A stretch of 64,000 nt of DNA from the human T2T-CHM13v2.0 reference genome, Homo sapiens. This document shows, in pieces, positions 37,051 to 52,335 of the stretch (position 1 is its first letter; each line of letters begins with the position of its first letter). The notes beneath the pieces are model-generated. The model saw only the letters and a list, made by a program, of their open reading frames with translations. It was not told the DNA's origin and did no database searches. The stretch lies in the NCBI RefSeq assembly GCF_009914755.1, contig NC_060930.1. The stretch is one strand, 5' to 3'. A program made the translations under genes and the position numbers.

Positions 37051-37519
37051 GAATCCATCTCCTAATCACATAAATTTCAATTTACTAAGAAAAACACTGG
37101 TTGAATACCTACTAAGTGCCTACTACTGTTTTAAATGTTGGCAATTCGCCAATAAACACACATACATACAAATATCCCAGTCTTTATGGAACCCTAAATA
37201 GTAGGGGAAGGGAACAACGAACAAAATTAAAAATTAAACAACAAAGTAATGGATACTACTAAAACAAGAAAGTGAAAAATGAGTTTTAACAAGCAGTGAA
37301 AAAAATATATCACTGTGTGTAATTTTAAATAACGTGGTCAGGAAAGAGCTCACTAAGAAGGTGATAACCTTCTTAGGAAAGACCTAAAAGTAGTGAGGAA
37401 GCAAGCCATGTAGCTATTGGGGGAAAAGGTGTTCCAGGTACAGCAAATAGCTTCAGTCAAATACCTAAGGTGAGAGAATTTCTAACCTGTTTGAACAGGA
37501 AGGGGGCCAATATAGCTGA

Positions 37520-38027
<508 letters not shown>

Positions 38028-38250
38028 CAAGGTATAGTAACCTTTTAATCAAAACACGGCATCATAGGTGGAGACCGAAAGCCTGCAGTTTTATGTTCAA
38101 CAGCTAAGAAAGGTGTTCTGGTGATGCTACTGTGCTGCCAGTTATCCTGAATATGTCATTTTTTTTTTACTGTATAAATGGTATGTTACATTTTTTAGTG
38201 TTAAATACTATGTGTGAATAAGTGTAAGGAAATGATTGCTTATCAGTAGC

Positions 38251-38678
38251 TGATATAGTCTGGATATGTGTCCCTGCCCATATCTCATGTCAAATTGTGA
38301 TCCACAATGTTGGAGGTGGGGCTTGGTGGGAAGTGACTGGGTCATACGGGTGAATTTCTCAATGGTTTAGCACCATCCCCTTGGTGCTGTTCTCATGATA
38401 GTGAGCGAGTTTCTCATGATAGTGAATGAGTTCTCATGAGATCTGGTTGTTTAAAAGTCTGTAGCATCTTCCCTCTTGCTCCTGCTCCTGCCATGTAGGA
38501 CGCTTGCTTCTCCTTTGCCTTCCACCATGATTGGACGCTTCCTGAGGCCTCCCCAGAAGCAGAAGCTGCTATGCTTCTCGTATAGTCTGCAGAACCATGA
38601 GCCAATTAAACCTCTTTTCTTCATAAATTACCCAATCTCAGGTATTTCTTTATAGCAATGTAAGAATGGACTAATATA
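38251..38678 (+). mobile_element. MSTA/MSTB solo LTR
   Basis: 5-bp TSD GTAGC (38246-38250 and 38679-38683); MaLR core ttccaccatgattgg...cctgaggcctccccagaagc. Confidence 0.88.
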
Positions 38679-39037
38679 GTAGCATACAAATTTAGAGTCA
38701 GGAAAGATGGTGACAGCAGGCAACCATAGATTGCCTACATTGGTGGCTGAGATAGTGACACCTTTGCTTTCTAATGGTTCAATGTACACAAACTTTGTTT
38801 CATGTATAAAATTATTTTAAAATATTGTATAAAACTACATTCAGGCTTTGTGTAATAAGGTTTATATGAAACATAAATGTATTTCATGTTTAGAATTGGG
38901 CCCTACCCCCAAGATATCAAACTATGGATATGCAAGTATTTCAAAATCTGCAATCTGAAATACTTCTGATCCCAAGCATTTCAGATAAGGATACTCAACT
39001 TGCATTAGGAGATGAGGTCAAAACAATACTAGGTAGG

Positions 39038-39390
39038 TGTATTAGTCCTTTTTCACACTGCTGATAAAGACATACCCAAGACTGGGTAATTTATAAAGGA
39101 AAGAGGTTTAATGGACTCATAGTTCCACATGCCTGGGGAAGACTCACAATCATGGCAGAAAGTGGAAGGCACATCTTACATGGCAGCAGGCAAGGGAAGA
39201 AGTGCCAGCAGGGGAAATGCCAGACACCTGTGAAACCATCACATCTCATAAGAACTCACTATCTTGATAACAGTATGGGGGAAACTGCGCCCATGATTCA
39301 ATTATCTCTGCCTGGTCCCGCCCTTGACACGTGGGGATTATTACAATTCAACATGAGATTTGGGTGGGGACAGAGAGCCAAACCACATCA
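39038..39390 (-). mobile_element. THE1-type solo LTR
   Basis: 5-bp TSD GTAGG (39033-39037 and 39391-39395); tgtattagtcc...ctgctgataaagacatacccaagactggg...aaaccacatca. Confidence 0.88.
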
Positions 39391-39689
39391 GTAGGGGTCC
39401 TGATTACATAGTCATCCATTGTGATGACTCTGGATTTTGTTATGGTGACATGAGAAATCACTGGGGATGGTTTCATACTGATGATATGAAAAACTTTGTG
39501 AGTACAGGACTGAGATTACCTGATTTGTATTTTAATGGGATCACTACAGCTGCTATGCACGTAATAGGCTAAAATTAGCTAGGAGCAGACAAAAAGAAAC
39601 CAGTTAAAAAGCTATAGCAATAATTTAGATAAGATAGTAGCTTAAAACAGGGTATTCCTAGGATTTCTGGACTGAAAGAATGGCTCTGC

Positions 39690-40210
39690 ATTGTCCAGAT
39701 TCTTAGGGTAGCCCCCAAGATCCCCACCTCCTGGTGCTCATGTTCTTGTGTGATCCCCTTTTCCTGAGTGTAGGCAGGTCCTATGATATGTCTCTAACCA
39801 ATGGAGTATGGTATAGGTAATACAATGGATGTGATTACAAGATTACATTCCATAAGACTGTAGTGCTCTTCTTGTTGGGTGTCTCCTGTGCTAGGAGTTG
39901 AGGGCAACTTTCAATAGACAGCTGTAAGAAAGGACCTCCAGACTTTAGCTAGCAAGAAAATAAAGCCTTCAGTCCTAAATCTGTAAAGAACTAAACTCAG
40001 CCAACAACCTGTGTGAGTTAGGAAGCAGATCTTTCTCGAGTTTCACACGAGACCACGGCCACAGCCAACATCTTGATTTCAGCCTTGTGAGACTGTGAAC
40101 AGAGGAACCAGCTAAGACGTGTCCAGACAATAACTGAGATAGTAAACAGGTGTTGCTTTAAGTCACAAAGTTTATAGAAATTTTTTAATAGAGCAATAAA
40201 AAATAATACA
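39690..40210 (+). mobile_element. MLT1E/F-like LTR
   Basis: cccccaagatccccacctcctggtg...cagccttgtgagactgtgaacagaggaaccagctaag...agcaataaaaaataataca. Confidence 0.7.
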
Positions 40211-41129
40211 AACTCCAACTTTAACACCTAAGCAATTAAAAGTATGATAATGCTATTTGGTTGATAAGGAGAAAACAATTGGAAATGGCAGGGGGGATAC
40301 ATATACACACATACATACATATATATACACACACACACTAAATATATAGATATTTACTTTACATATAAATATGTATATTTATTTTATATATGAAGACAAA
40401 AACATATATATATATGTATAGTTTGTGTGTGTGTGTGTGTGCATGTGTGTGAAAATTACATAGGTGGCCTGTAAAAAAAAAAGTACCAAAAATAAAACTC
40501 CAATAAATTTACTTATAACATACCAGCAATAACCAATGAAGCATTACCATGGAAGAAGAGACCCCATTAACAATAGCAAAAAATATAACAGATGATAATA
40601 AAACAAATGATAATAATAGACGATATAATATTACAGATGATAATACACAATATAAAAAGGACAGGATCTATATGAAGAAAGCTACAATGTATGACTGAAA
40701 AATGTGAAGAGTTCAATAAATAAAGTCAAAGCACCTACAGGATGAGAATGTTAAATATTTTAAAGACGTGCATTCTCGACTAACTTTATTTATAAATTTA
40801 AATAAACATTATGTAACAATTTAATCAAAACTGTACAAAATATTTGTGCAGAATGTAACAAAATAACTGCACTAATAATCTAATCTAACAGACACTTATC
40901 ACTACTTATCAAGTGCTTACCATGTTCTAAATTTGGGAGAGTTGTAGTGTATTTAGTTTCATGAAAACTTGGTAAGAAACATACAGCTTTTGTCTCCATA
41001 TATAAAAGAAACAGAGGCACAGAGAGGTTAAGGACCTTCCCTAATATCAGTCTTGCAATGTGCTTCCAGTGTCCATGCTCTTAACTGCTCACTGATATTG
41101 TCACACATTATAATATACACTGGGGAACA

Positions 41130-43185
41130 TACTATCAAGCTAAAAAAATTAAATCCATGAAAGATATATGAGACTTCTACATAGAAAACTACAATATTTT
41201 AATGAGGGTAATTAAAGAATACCTAATTAAACAGAGATATATGTCATGTTTATAGATTGGAAAACGGTATTATGCAGATGTCAATTCATCCACCATTGAT
41301 CTCTAGACTCAATACAATGATAATTAAAATCTCAGCGACTTGGTTTATGTGATAAGCTGATTCTGGAATTTATATGGAAAGAAAAGGACTAAAAATAGCT
41401 GAGATATTTTTGAAAAGACCAAAGCAAGAAGAATTGCTCTATCAGTTATTTTAACTTATTACAAAGCTATAGTAACTAAAATGAAGTTCAAAAAGTAACA
41501 AAATTAAAATATATTGTTTAGTCAGACACACAGACCAACGGAACAGAATGAAGAACCCAGAAATAAATCTACACACTTACAGCCAACTCCTTTTTGACAA
41601 AGTTTCCAAGAACATACAGTGGGGAAGAAACACTCTCTAATAAATGGTGCTGGGAAAACTGAATATTCATATGTAGAAGAATGAAACTAGATCTTTCACC
41701 ATATGAAAAGTAAAGGCTTAAAGACCTAAATGTAAAACCTGAAACTATGAAACTACTAGGAGAAAACGCTGGGGAAACACTACAGGACACTGATCCAGGG
41801 AAAGATTTTTTGGGTAAGCCTTCAAAAGCAAAGGCGACAATGCAAACGTAGACAAATGAGATTACATCAAGCTAAAAAGCTTCTGTGCAGTAAAGAAAAC
41901 AGTGGACAAACTGAAGAGACAACCTGCTGAATGTGAGAAGATATTTGTAAACTATCCATACAACAAAAATTTAATAAGCATAATATATAAGGAATTCAAA
42001 CAACTCAGTAACAAATAATGATAATAATAATAACCCAATTTAAAAATGGGCAAAAGATATAAACAGGTATTTCTCAAAAGAAGACATACAAATGGCCAAG
42101 AGGTATATGAAAAAATGCTTAACATCACTAATCACCAGGGAAATGCAAATCAAAACCCAAACAAGATAACATTTCACTTCAGTTGGAATGGCTATTATCA
42201 AAAAGACAAAAAATAACAAGTGCTGGTGAGGATGCAGAGAAAGGGGAACATTCATACACTATTGGTGGGAATGTAAAGTAGAACAGCCATTAGGGAAAAG
42301 AGTATGGAGGTTCCTCAAAAACTAAAAATATAACTACCATATTGATATGGTTTGAATCTGTGTCCCCACCCAAATCTCATGTCAAATTGTAATCCCCATT
42401 TTTGGAGGAGAGCCTGGTGGGAGGTGATTGGATCATGAGGGCAGATTCCTCCCCCTCCTCTTCCCGTAATAGTGAGTTCTCATAAGATCTAGTTGTTTAA
42501 AAGTGTGTGGCACCTCCCACTTCTCTCTCTCTTCCTCCTGCTCCAGCCATGTAAGATGTGCCTGCTTCCCCTTTACCTTCCGCCATGATTGTAGATTTCC
42601 TGAGGCCTCTTCAACCATCCTTCTTGTACAGCCTGCAGAACCATAAGCCAATGAAACCTCTTTTCTTTATGAATTACCCAGTCTCAGGTATTTCTTTGTA
42701 TCAGTGTGAGAACAGACTAATAAACATATGATTCAGCAATCCCACTGCTGGGTATATATGCAAAGAAGAGGAAATCAGTATATCAAAGAAGTATCTGCAC
42801 TTCCATGTTTACTGCAGCACTATCCACAATGGCCAAGATATGGAATCAGCCTAAGTGTCCATCAACAAATAAATAAAGAAAACGTAATACATTTACTAAA
42901 CAGAATATTATTCAGCCATCAAAAAGAATGCAATCCTCTCATTTGCAACAACATGGATGGAACTGGACATCATTATGTTAAGTGAAATAAACCAGGCACA
43001 AAAAGGCATATATCACATGTTCTTACTCACATGTGGGAGTTTAAAAAGCAGATTTCATGGAAGTAGGGAGTAAAATGGTGGTTCACAATTACTCTGATTT
43101 GATTACTACACATTGTATACATGGATCAAAATATCACACATATCCCCAAAATGTGTACCACTATGACATATAAATGTAAAAACCC
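41130..43185 (+). mobile_element. L1M/L1MA ORF2 3' region and 3'UTR, interrupted by MSTA
   Basis: aaatggtgctgggaaaactg, aaaaatgggcaaaaga, acaacatggatggaactgga and similar L1 motifs. Confidence 0.8.
42343..42724 (+). mobile_element. MSTA solo LTR
   Basis: 5-bp TSD CATAT (42338-42342 and 42725-42729); tgatatggtttgaatctgtgtccccacccaaatctcatg. Confidence 0.88.
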
Positions 43186-45149
43186 AAAAATATATACACT
43201 GTCTAGCAATATATGACTAGGTAGTAAAATATATATAAGTAAACCAAAGAAGTAAACATCATAAAAGTCAAAATAATTGTTACCATTAGAGGGAAGGGAC
43301 AGAGTCATGACCAACAAATGCAAATAGTACTTGCAAATTCTCTGTTTACTTGATTGAGATTTCATGAGTATTTATTTTATAACAATTTGTTAAGTTGTAT
43401 GTTTATATTTTATCACATATTTATATTTGTACTATTTCATTAAAAACTGAAGTGTTATGCTAGGGTAGGTAATGAGAAAAAGTATATATTATATCAACAA
43501 GAAGTCTAAATGGGTATGCAACAAATGAACAAACTCAGAATACTAATAAAATAATGCATACTTTCATGATTATGTATAAAGATTCCTGTAAGATTTGATA
43601 TCAGCTAAATGCCATTTGGTACTCAATTATGTAATCATCTAATAAACAGACTTAATGGCTCATTAATTATACCAGCATATTTGTATAAGCTAGCAGTTAG
43701 ACTAAACATAGAAGGAAACAGCACTTGAGTAACAGAATTTATTATTTTGCTTAACCATAATATTAAGGCTAGGTTTACAAAGTGAATAGAAGTATACAGG
43801 TTATGTTATATCCACCAATCTAGCAAAATGACCAGAAAAATACATCTGAAAACATTCCTATTATTAGAATTATAAGCAACAAATTGTCAGGTTTTATTTT
43901 TGTTGGCCCCAACCCAAATTTCCCAATTATGAAAAAAAATCAGGTATGTATTTCACATATAAAGCAGGCTGAAAAAAAAAGTCAACAATTATCCGTGTTA
44001 AATCCAAATTAACAGGTAAATGGATACAAGTTTTAATGGTGTATTTTTAGATTTTTTTAATGAAAAAGATAAAGTATTAAAAATCATTTAAAGTAAATTT
44101 ATGTAAAGATATCAACAGTATATTAACAGGGAAATTTCAGAAAACAGAGAGAAAGAGACAGACTGTGTGTGTGTGTGTGTTTGTGAGTGTGTGTAAATAC
44201 ACCAGAGCATCTCTATGTATGTGTCTCTTAGGACACAGTTAGAAAAATAGACTAATTCTGTCTATCCCACACAAAAACAGTCTTACAGTAGGCATTATGA
44301 AGTTACTTTTATCAAGATTTAGAGAAGTTTCTGTACACCGAAGGAAAGACAGTAAAATTCCCAGCTGTTCCTTTATTCCCTATTTCATACAATGCTAAGC
44401 AGTGTTCAACTATTATTCCACTATTATAATTTTAAGGCTCTCAGAGGCTCCAAAAGTCTAGTACCCTTGAGGATACGGGATGATGTTTGAAGATGATAAA
44501 GACATAACAGTTTGTTTGCTTGCAGCAAAGCTTTAGAGGCACGGCAGGTGGCTAGAGGTGGGAAGTATCTAGACTCTTCTGGTAAGACTAGGAAAGCATT
44601 TGTACACTTGAGGTGATATTCAGTCAAGTGTCTCACCTCCCTTGAGTCAGGTTTATCAACTTTCTCACTTCACCTCAGGTGTTGAAGGCCAAGTCCTTAT
44701 TTCTATTAGGCATCTTGTGCTACACATAAGTATGATCTTACACAAATAATTTTCACAGAAACCTATCATCATTACATCTTCTCTTCCCTTTTTGTAATAA
44801 GTGAATTAAACCTTCTGTGAAGAAATACAGAAATCTCTAAAATATATTACATAAATAAAATGGTCAAAATTTATGAACTGTATGTATACCCATTGGAAAG
44901 AAAAAAACATAGTACAAGACGTCAATGGAGAGTTGCAGAATTTCTCCAACAGTCTTCTCACAGCAATAAAAAAACTACCCATATGATTTTATGGCTGCTA
45001 TCAAAACCCTCTGAAATACTAAACACAGACAATACACACTATGTGCTTCAGGGAACAAACTTCCCATATACACCACAGAAGCTGGAAGTATTGCTCAATC
45101 TGCCCAATGATCTTAGGTTTCCTTAAGCTTTACAATAGTGTATCTGTTC

Positions 45150-47750
45150 ATTACATGTAACAAAAGACATCATCAATATAAAAATTTCTTCACAAGAGTG
45201 AATCAACACAGTCTCTATGACTGGGAAGATACTACTGACTTGGCCAAATGTGAATGTCAGAAACAGGTACTTTCACCAGGCACGGACAATGTAACTTTAC
45301 CATTTTATCAAAATTTGGTCTAGGGTAGCCTTGATTGTCCTAGCAAGCCAGAGGTCATGATGAAAAACTACTTCATTGGTGATATAATATTAACTGGACT
45401 TAGGTGGGCAGGAAGTAGCTGGTACTCCATATGCTTTAGTAAAACAAGAATTCCAGAGGGTAAGTAATCCATAAAAATTGAGAGGCTTGCCATCTCAGTA
45501 AAGTTTCTGAGTTCTAGTAGCCTAGAATCACCTGTAAAATGCATGACAAATTGCTACATCTCACATTAACTACCACCAAGAAAATGGCATAATGCACGAT
45601 TTTAGCCTCTTCCAATTTTGGAAGCAACTTCTCTAATATTTGGGTGTACTGCTCAGAACTACTTATGACATCACCTGTAATTCTGTCAACTTTATGACCT
45701 ACAGCAAAAACAAATAAAAAACAAAACTCATGCAGCCTCCAAGTTCAGATAGTCTATCACTTGGACCTTTACTCCAGCAGGTTCAATGCTGGTCATGGTT
45801 TCAATGACAGATTGGATAGTACAGGAACTTCTGACAAGGTGCAATACGAGATCACACACAGATTTCTAGGATTTTGGAGTGAATCTATGTTCCCTTTGTT
45901 AAATAACTATTCTTATTTTGTGATCCTCAATTTGATAAACATAATTTTGAGCTCCCACCATCGTGGCCACTTTGCACATAATCCCATTCAAGCAAGCACT
46001 AGGGCAGCTGAGGAAAGAGGCCGACCTATCCATGAAAGGGATTATTTTGCCTCCTTTGCAGGAAGAGGAAGCCCTTGAAGAACATTCACAAGTCAAAATT
46101 ATTCCCTCAACCTGTATGTATTCTCAGAGGACCTTGTATATACTTTTTTCCACCAATCTTCTCATACTATTCTGTAAGTTTTTTTTTTTTAATTCTGAGC
46201 CCCTGACCATCTAGACCAACCATTAGCAATGGTCCATAAACCTATACAAATCAGTACCTGAAGTCTCATCTGTCTCCAAAGTAAATGAGTAGATATGCTA
46301 CTTCAAAATTTTCCCTCTTTGAAAAGTAATCCAATTCTAGCAGGTACTAATATATGATACAACCTATAAATCAGATTTAGTAACCGTTTTTCTTCTCTGG
46401 TCACCTAGTTAGAGAAAATTTCCCATGAGCCAGAGGTATACGTTGTGAATGTGAGTCATATGCTCATACAATTCACTTGTGTTATCAGGGCTAATTTAAA
46501 CTTATCTTACAAATGCCACTTTCACTTGATGATGGAGTGCTATTGTGCACATATAAACTATATTTTAGAAAGTCATATAATGCACAATGCCAGATTGGTT
46601 GCCAAATTTGTATAGGAAATATCTGTGAGTTGAACAATATGGATTCCCTTATCAGAGATGATCTGACTACAGCTATTACTGAACATCCAGATTGCCATAG
46701 GCAGAGACCAACCCTGGACTCAGAAGATAGTAAATAACCCTGGGGAGACCAACAAGCTACCTAGTGGCAGGGTGATTACATTAAAAATGCCTTCTTACAC
46801 CATACACAAAACTTCACATCCTTGGCTACTATGCTTTTCTATCAAACATTATCTTACTATGGACTTTCTAGGGGTGATGGCATCCACAAAACACTGTTTC
46901 TGACCAAGAATCTAGTTTAACAATAAAAAAAAGTAAGGCACTGAGCAAATATTCACTGGTCTTATGATGTGCCCTAGCTCCCAGAAGCAGATGATCATAG
47001 ATATTGGTGGAATGGCATGTTGAAAACTCAGTAGGATATCACGCAGGACACAACACCTTGGAAAACTGAGGTGCTGTCCCACAAAATGCTCTGAACTAGA
47101 AACCAATGTATGATGTTATTTCTCTTATACCTGTAATACATGAGTCTATGAACTAAAGAGTAGAAGGGAAAATGATTTTCTTTGGTTTTCTAACCCTTTA
47201 ACTTTGTGAAGCGTAGCGAGAAAGTTGATGGTTTAGAGATCTTATTCCAAACTAGAGTACTTCTACTAGAACTGAAAATTTAAACTTTCTTCTAATGTTT
47301 GAAGCTTCTCATATTCCTAAATCAATAGCAGAGTAAATTAACTGCGTTGGCTAGAGGAATTGATCATGATTATCAATGAAAGAAAGACTGCTCCTATGCA
47401 ATGGAGGCAGAGGTAAATAAAGCCTGGTGCCCCAGGGATGCTCTGTAGCACCTACTAGTACTGCCATATCTAGTGGTAAAAATTGATGGAAGACTAACGC
47501 AAACCAATACAGAGAAGATGACAAAGGGCTCAAGAACCTCAATAACAAAGCTTTAGATATAAAAAAACAAAACTTAGATATAGATAATATATAGCATCCT
47601 AACCAGTGGGGTTGTTTGAATTACAAGAGAAAACAGAATGGGAAGAAGGGGAAAAGTTATAAATACCCACTAAAGCCATACATCCACTTATAGAGACAAA
47701 GACTGTACTAACTAACCATATTTTAAACTTTGCTCTGTTAAGTAAGCATT
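45150..47750 (+). mobile_element. Ancient ERV-L internal relic (pol to dUTPase), with an inverted block at about 45950-46615
   Basis: Aligns by eye to the HERV-L at 55800-58550 (e.g. 45466 aatccataaaaattgagaggcttgccatctcagtaaagtttct vs 56021; 46640 atggattcccttatcagagatgatctgactacagc vs 57378). Ends uncertain. Confidence 0.7.
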
Positions 47751-49089
47751 TATATATTAAAAAGGAAATTTATAATTTCCTTTTTCTCCATCTCTCTCCT
47801 GCTTTACGTAGGGTGTTGATTTTGTAATTTAGTCTGTAGGTTAAAGGATATGAAGATACGACTAGAACTAAAGTAACAAAGAAGAAATACCACCAAATAA
47901 ATACTGATGGGACTCTAGATTTCCCTGTTAGGGAAGAGGGTAAGGCCATTTTTGTTGTGGAAGGAAAATTACACTGTATTAGCTGAAAGAATGTTACTGC
48001 TATTGCTGTTGACTAAAACTTTAATGCTCTGAGGTTTAAATGACTCAAAATATTCAGAGCTTAGAATGGTCCTGCCAACAGTAAGCACTCTTGTAACTAC
48101 TAGATATTAGTACTGAATTATTATATTTTGTAATAACAATCTTGGGATAAATTACCACTAGATATATAGAAAAACTAAGCAAATGAGAAATAGGAATAAA
48201 TGATTCCTTACTAATTCTAGAAAAAAAATTGGGGAAGGAAATAAAATATAATCATAATATATCTTTGAATTGGCAGTGAATAACATTTAACCATTTTTAG
48301 CACAGTATCCCTTCTCTCAGGGGCACTTAGTATCTCTGATTCATTATTTTTCAGAAGGCAAAACCCTCCAATGTTCTGCTTAAGCAGGAGAAAAACAGTC
48401 ACTCAGCTAAATGGTGTAGGAATGCAGGAAATCTGAAAGCATAACTAAGTCTTATAATTGGAACTAGTCTTATTATTGAAAGGGTTAGACTTTCACCTAA
48501 TCCTCTACTTTCATCTGCATTCTCAGTAGTGCCCTTAATTCTAGTACCTCTGGAATGTTGTAATATGCAAATAAGTAGCTTCTGAGTTTTCCCTACTGCC
48601 AGCTTGGGTTTTAGCTTTCCTGGCCTAATAAATCAGTTACAACTTGTCCATTGGTTTTTCAGCTCCTGAAATTATATTGTGGAAGCCTCCAACCCATTCC
48701 CACCTTGAAAAACTTCCTCCGTACATCTCTTCCTACTGAGAAAGTGGCTCCATGAAAACAAGGGAGTAAACCAAGATAGGTAATTGGATCCCAGGTAACA
48801 GGGGATCTAACCCACAAGAGAGAAAAGAAATTCCCAGGATGATGATGAAGGGAAATCCCATGAAGGCTGATGCTCAGGGCCAAAAAAAAAAAAAAAGTCC
48901 TACAGTACAAAGTGGAACAAAAGAATGTGATAAAAGGAAAAAAAATAGATTATCTGATGCCCTTTAGCTGGTTGAGAGTTTATGTTTTCACAAATATGAA
49001 TAGGATATTGTCCCTGCCCTCAAGAATGTGAAAGCCTTGTAGTTATAAAACATAATTGGAAAGAATGATTGTGGGGCACCTTGACATAT

Positions 49090-49365
49090 ATTCTGTGAAG
49101 CAGTACAATATATGGGTTAGGCATTACATTCTTTGGAACCGGTCTATCTGGATTCAAATACCAACTATACCAACTACCAGTTTTGTCACTTTAATTGAAT
49201 GGCTTAACTTCTCTGTGTCCCAGTTGAATCATTTGTTTTAAAAAACAAAACAAAACAAAGGAGATATTAAGAGTACCTACTTCATAAGTTTGTTCTGAAA
49301 TTGAGTGACTCAAATATAAAACCAATACAAATACCTGAGACATAATGAGCACTATATTAGTATTA
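49090..49365 (+). mobile_element. MIR SINE
   Basis: tggattcaaatacc...ttaacttctctgtgtcccagtt...agtacctacttcataag core. Confidence 0.7.
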
Positions 49366-51087
49366 TGCAGTAGCAGAGGTTAGCAGTATATTTTTAGGAT
49401 AGTCTAGGGATATATTACTAGCATGTACTTTGAAAATAAAGTAAATGTAAAATATTATGTAATTATTAACTCCAAGGAAAGTAAAGTTTTAGGAAAAAGG
49501 ATACATAGTCATAACATACTACTTAAACTACCAATAAATAATATTTATACAGACATTATAATGGAAGCTTTTAATAGAGATTTAATCAAGAATATGACAA
49601 AACTATAGAACAGAGAGAGAAGGAGAGCCAATGAAATCTAAGTCCTAAGCTTCTAAATCCCTAAAGATAAGAGATGAAGGCTGAAAGTTAAACAAATCAA
49701 GATAGTGTAAGCGTGTTATTTTTAAAACCTGGAGATGAATCCTCCCCCCAACAAAAACAAAACAAAATAAGGAATTAAAAGTGGCAGCCTCTGAGGAGTG
49801 GAACTTGGGAGTACAGTAGAATGAGTAGGGGATTACTCTTCATTCTTAAAAACCTTCCCATACTTTTTGACTTTTTAAAATATGTACATTTATTACTTCA
49901 ATAAAAATAAAAAATAGTGGTTAGTAGACATCACACAGACCATGAACTATTATCTTCTCTAGCTGCTCTGCCAAAAAGATAAATGTGGGCTCTGGGCTGG
50001 AAGTGGAAAGGAACTGAAGCCACACAGAATCTGGACCTTTATTTGGCCTTTGCTCCAATAGATAAAACAAAAACAAACATATTTGTTTTCTAAGCTCTAA
50101 ACTGTCTTTTTTAAAAAATTATTTTCACCTTATTAAATTTTATCTCTAATGTAACAAAACCGAATTAATATGATTTAATTGTTGTCATAAAGAAAAATAT
50201 TTGAGGTAAATAAGTTATTTTGTTTTAAAGAAACAAATGCCAATTTGACATCCCAAAGAAGTTTATCTTGTTTACATTAAAAACCTGAAATAAAATTCCT
50301 TCTGGGTAAAAGATTTCAGTTTAACCATAGGAAACTGGCATTTTTGACATCCCAAAATGGAAGCGTACTCAGGAACAAATCACAGCATACTCAATCAGAA
50401 CTTCAGGGCAAAGAATTATAACCAGGGTCAGTCCAGAGCCCTGAGACTCACAGGATTTCCATGCTGAACATTAAGACTGACACAGTGAGTCTAACTGAGC
50501 ATTTCCAACAGATAATATATTGTTACATGATATTAATATTGTATTAGTATAATTTTATATTTAAATATTAAATATTATTATAGTTAACATTAATGTTCAT
50601 TATATTGACCCTATAAACGTTTATATGTTTATATGTTATATCTATATATTATAAAATGTAAATACACTAATTAAGGGCTTCTTATGCACTAGAAAAAAAT
50701 GCTTGTAACATGTTTGATTCTAGAGCCCCAAGTAGTTTACAGACATCTAATTTATCATCATAACACTATACACAGCTGCATAGCATGTCAGCATTACCCA
50801 GGAGACATCAATATATATTTGAATATGCACCAAAAACACAACTAGCATAACCTAGTTATAATCAAAAGAGCAGTCTAAGGACAAGATATACATATACCAG
50901 CTCATACTAACCATACTGTGAGCCCTCCCTGGGGTTTTCCCATCAGTCCTGAAGAGACTGCTAGGCCCAGAACATATACCCTAAGTAAGACAGGACACTA
51001 AGAATTTTGCACTTGATCCTCATGTCCAATTATGGAATTATGGACAAGATACATTGTTTTGCTTCAGATACTAAGGGGCATTCCCAA

Positions 51088-51123
51088 CTAAATGCCCATT
51101 TTAGTGTGAAAATGGGCATTTAG
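51088..51123. repeat. Perfect 15-bp inverted repeat with 6-nt spacer
   Basis: CTAAATGCCCATTTT-AGTGTG-AAAATGGGCATTTAG. Confidence 0.92.
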
Positions 51124-51195
51124 CATCACTGCAAAGAGGTAGATTTTAAAACACCACACACTATATAATTTCTTTCTTTCTCCTAGCCCAATACA

Positions 51196-51196
<1 letters not shown>

Positions 51197-51242
<46 letters not shown>

Positions 51243-51615
51243 CCCTCTCCATCCCCCACCACCCTCCTTACCTCTCCTTCCCAACTTCCCGGCAAGCCTC
51301 CCGCTCTTTCTCTCACCTGACCTCCCTCCTTTCCTCCCCACCAGTTCCAACCTCCCTCCTTCCCCCTCCACCTCATCCTTTCCTCATTCCCCCTCCACCT
51401 TATCCTTTCTTCCTACTCTCCCATGCTCCCTCCTCCTCCTCTCCCTGCCCCCCACCGTTCTTCCCTCTGTCTTCCTTCCCACCTCTCCTCTGCACACATA
51501 CCCCTTCCCCCCACACACATCCACTCTCTCTACCCCCCTACACACCCACTCTCTCTACCTGCACCCCACATCTACCTACTCTCCCTTCCCTCCTCACTAT
51601 CATCTTCCCGCCTCT
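51197..51615. repeat. (CA)~22 microsatellite followed by about 370 bp of C/T-rich low-complexity sequence
   Basis: Directly visible; explains ORFs 51161-51617. Confidence 0.9.
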
Positions 51616-52139
51616 AATTTTATCTCTGGAAATGAAAATCAGTGTCTCCTTTATGTTAAATGCTTATTTGAACTATCTGGAGGAATAAAATAAACTGTAA
51701 GATGAGGGACTAGCCTTTTCATCTGTTTTGGGACATATTTTGGATATGGTGAATCCTCTAGGAGTTTACTTAAAACCCAAACCAAATCTCACCAGAAACA
51801 TGATAACTCTCTGTTCTTAATTACTATAAACTTTTTATGTTGCTGTTAAAATATTATCACATCATTAATGTGTGGAGGCAGGCGTTTGTCTGGGGTAACG
51901 AATGATTCTATGAAGTTTAGTGTTAGCTTTCTATCATTTCCACTTGAAAGAATCCCAAACATGTTCTTGGTTTATCTCACAACTACAGTCATAAGCCCCT
52001 TCTCTTTATCCCGCCACTTTCTCCTAGTACTAATTTAATATATACAGGGAAGAAAAACATTTCTTTTCTATTAACAGTCTAAATAATTCCATCTATACAT
52101 CACCATAAATTATACTTTTACAAACTCTAAGCAAATACA

Positions 52140-52335
52140 ATGTGTGTATGCATATATATATATATATGCACACATATGTATATGTGCTTGGTTAAGATAC
52201 ATATGCATGTGTGGATATGTAATATACATTTACATGTACATATATACATATATTTGGATATATACACATATCTGCATATATGGAAATTTTTGTTATATAC
52301 ATGCATGCACACCCATGTGCACACATATGTATCTT
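52140..52335. repeat. Degenerate (TA/CA/TG)n low-complexity tract
   Basis: Directly visible; explains ORFs 52127-52503. Confidence 0.85.

Noticed and set aside
37354-37375. 9-bp hairpin taagaaggt-gata-accttctta
   Set aside because: Short, inside L2, expected by chance.
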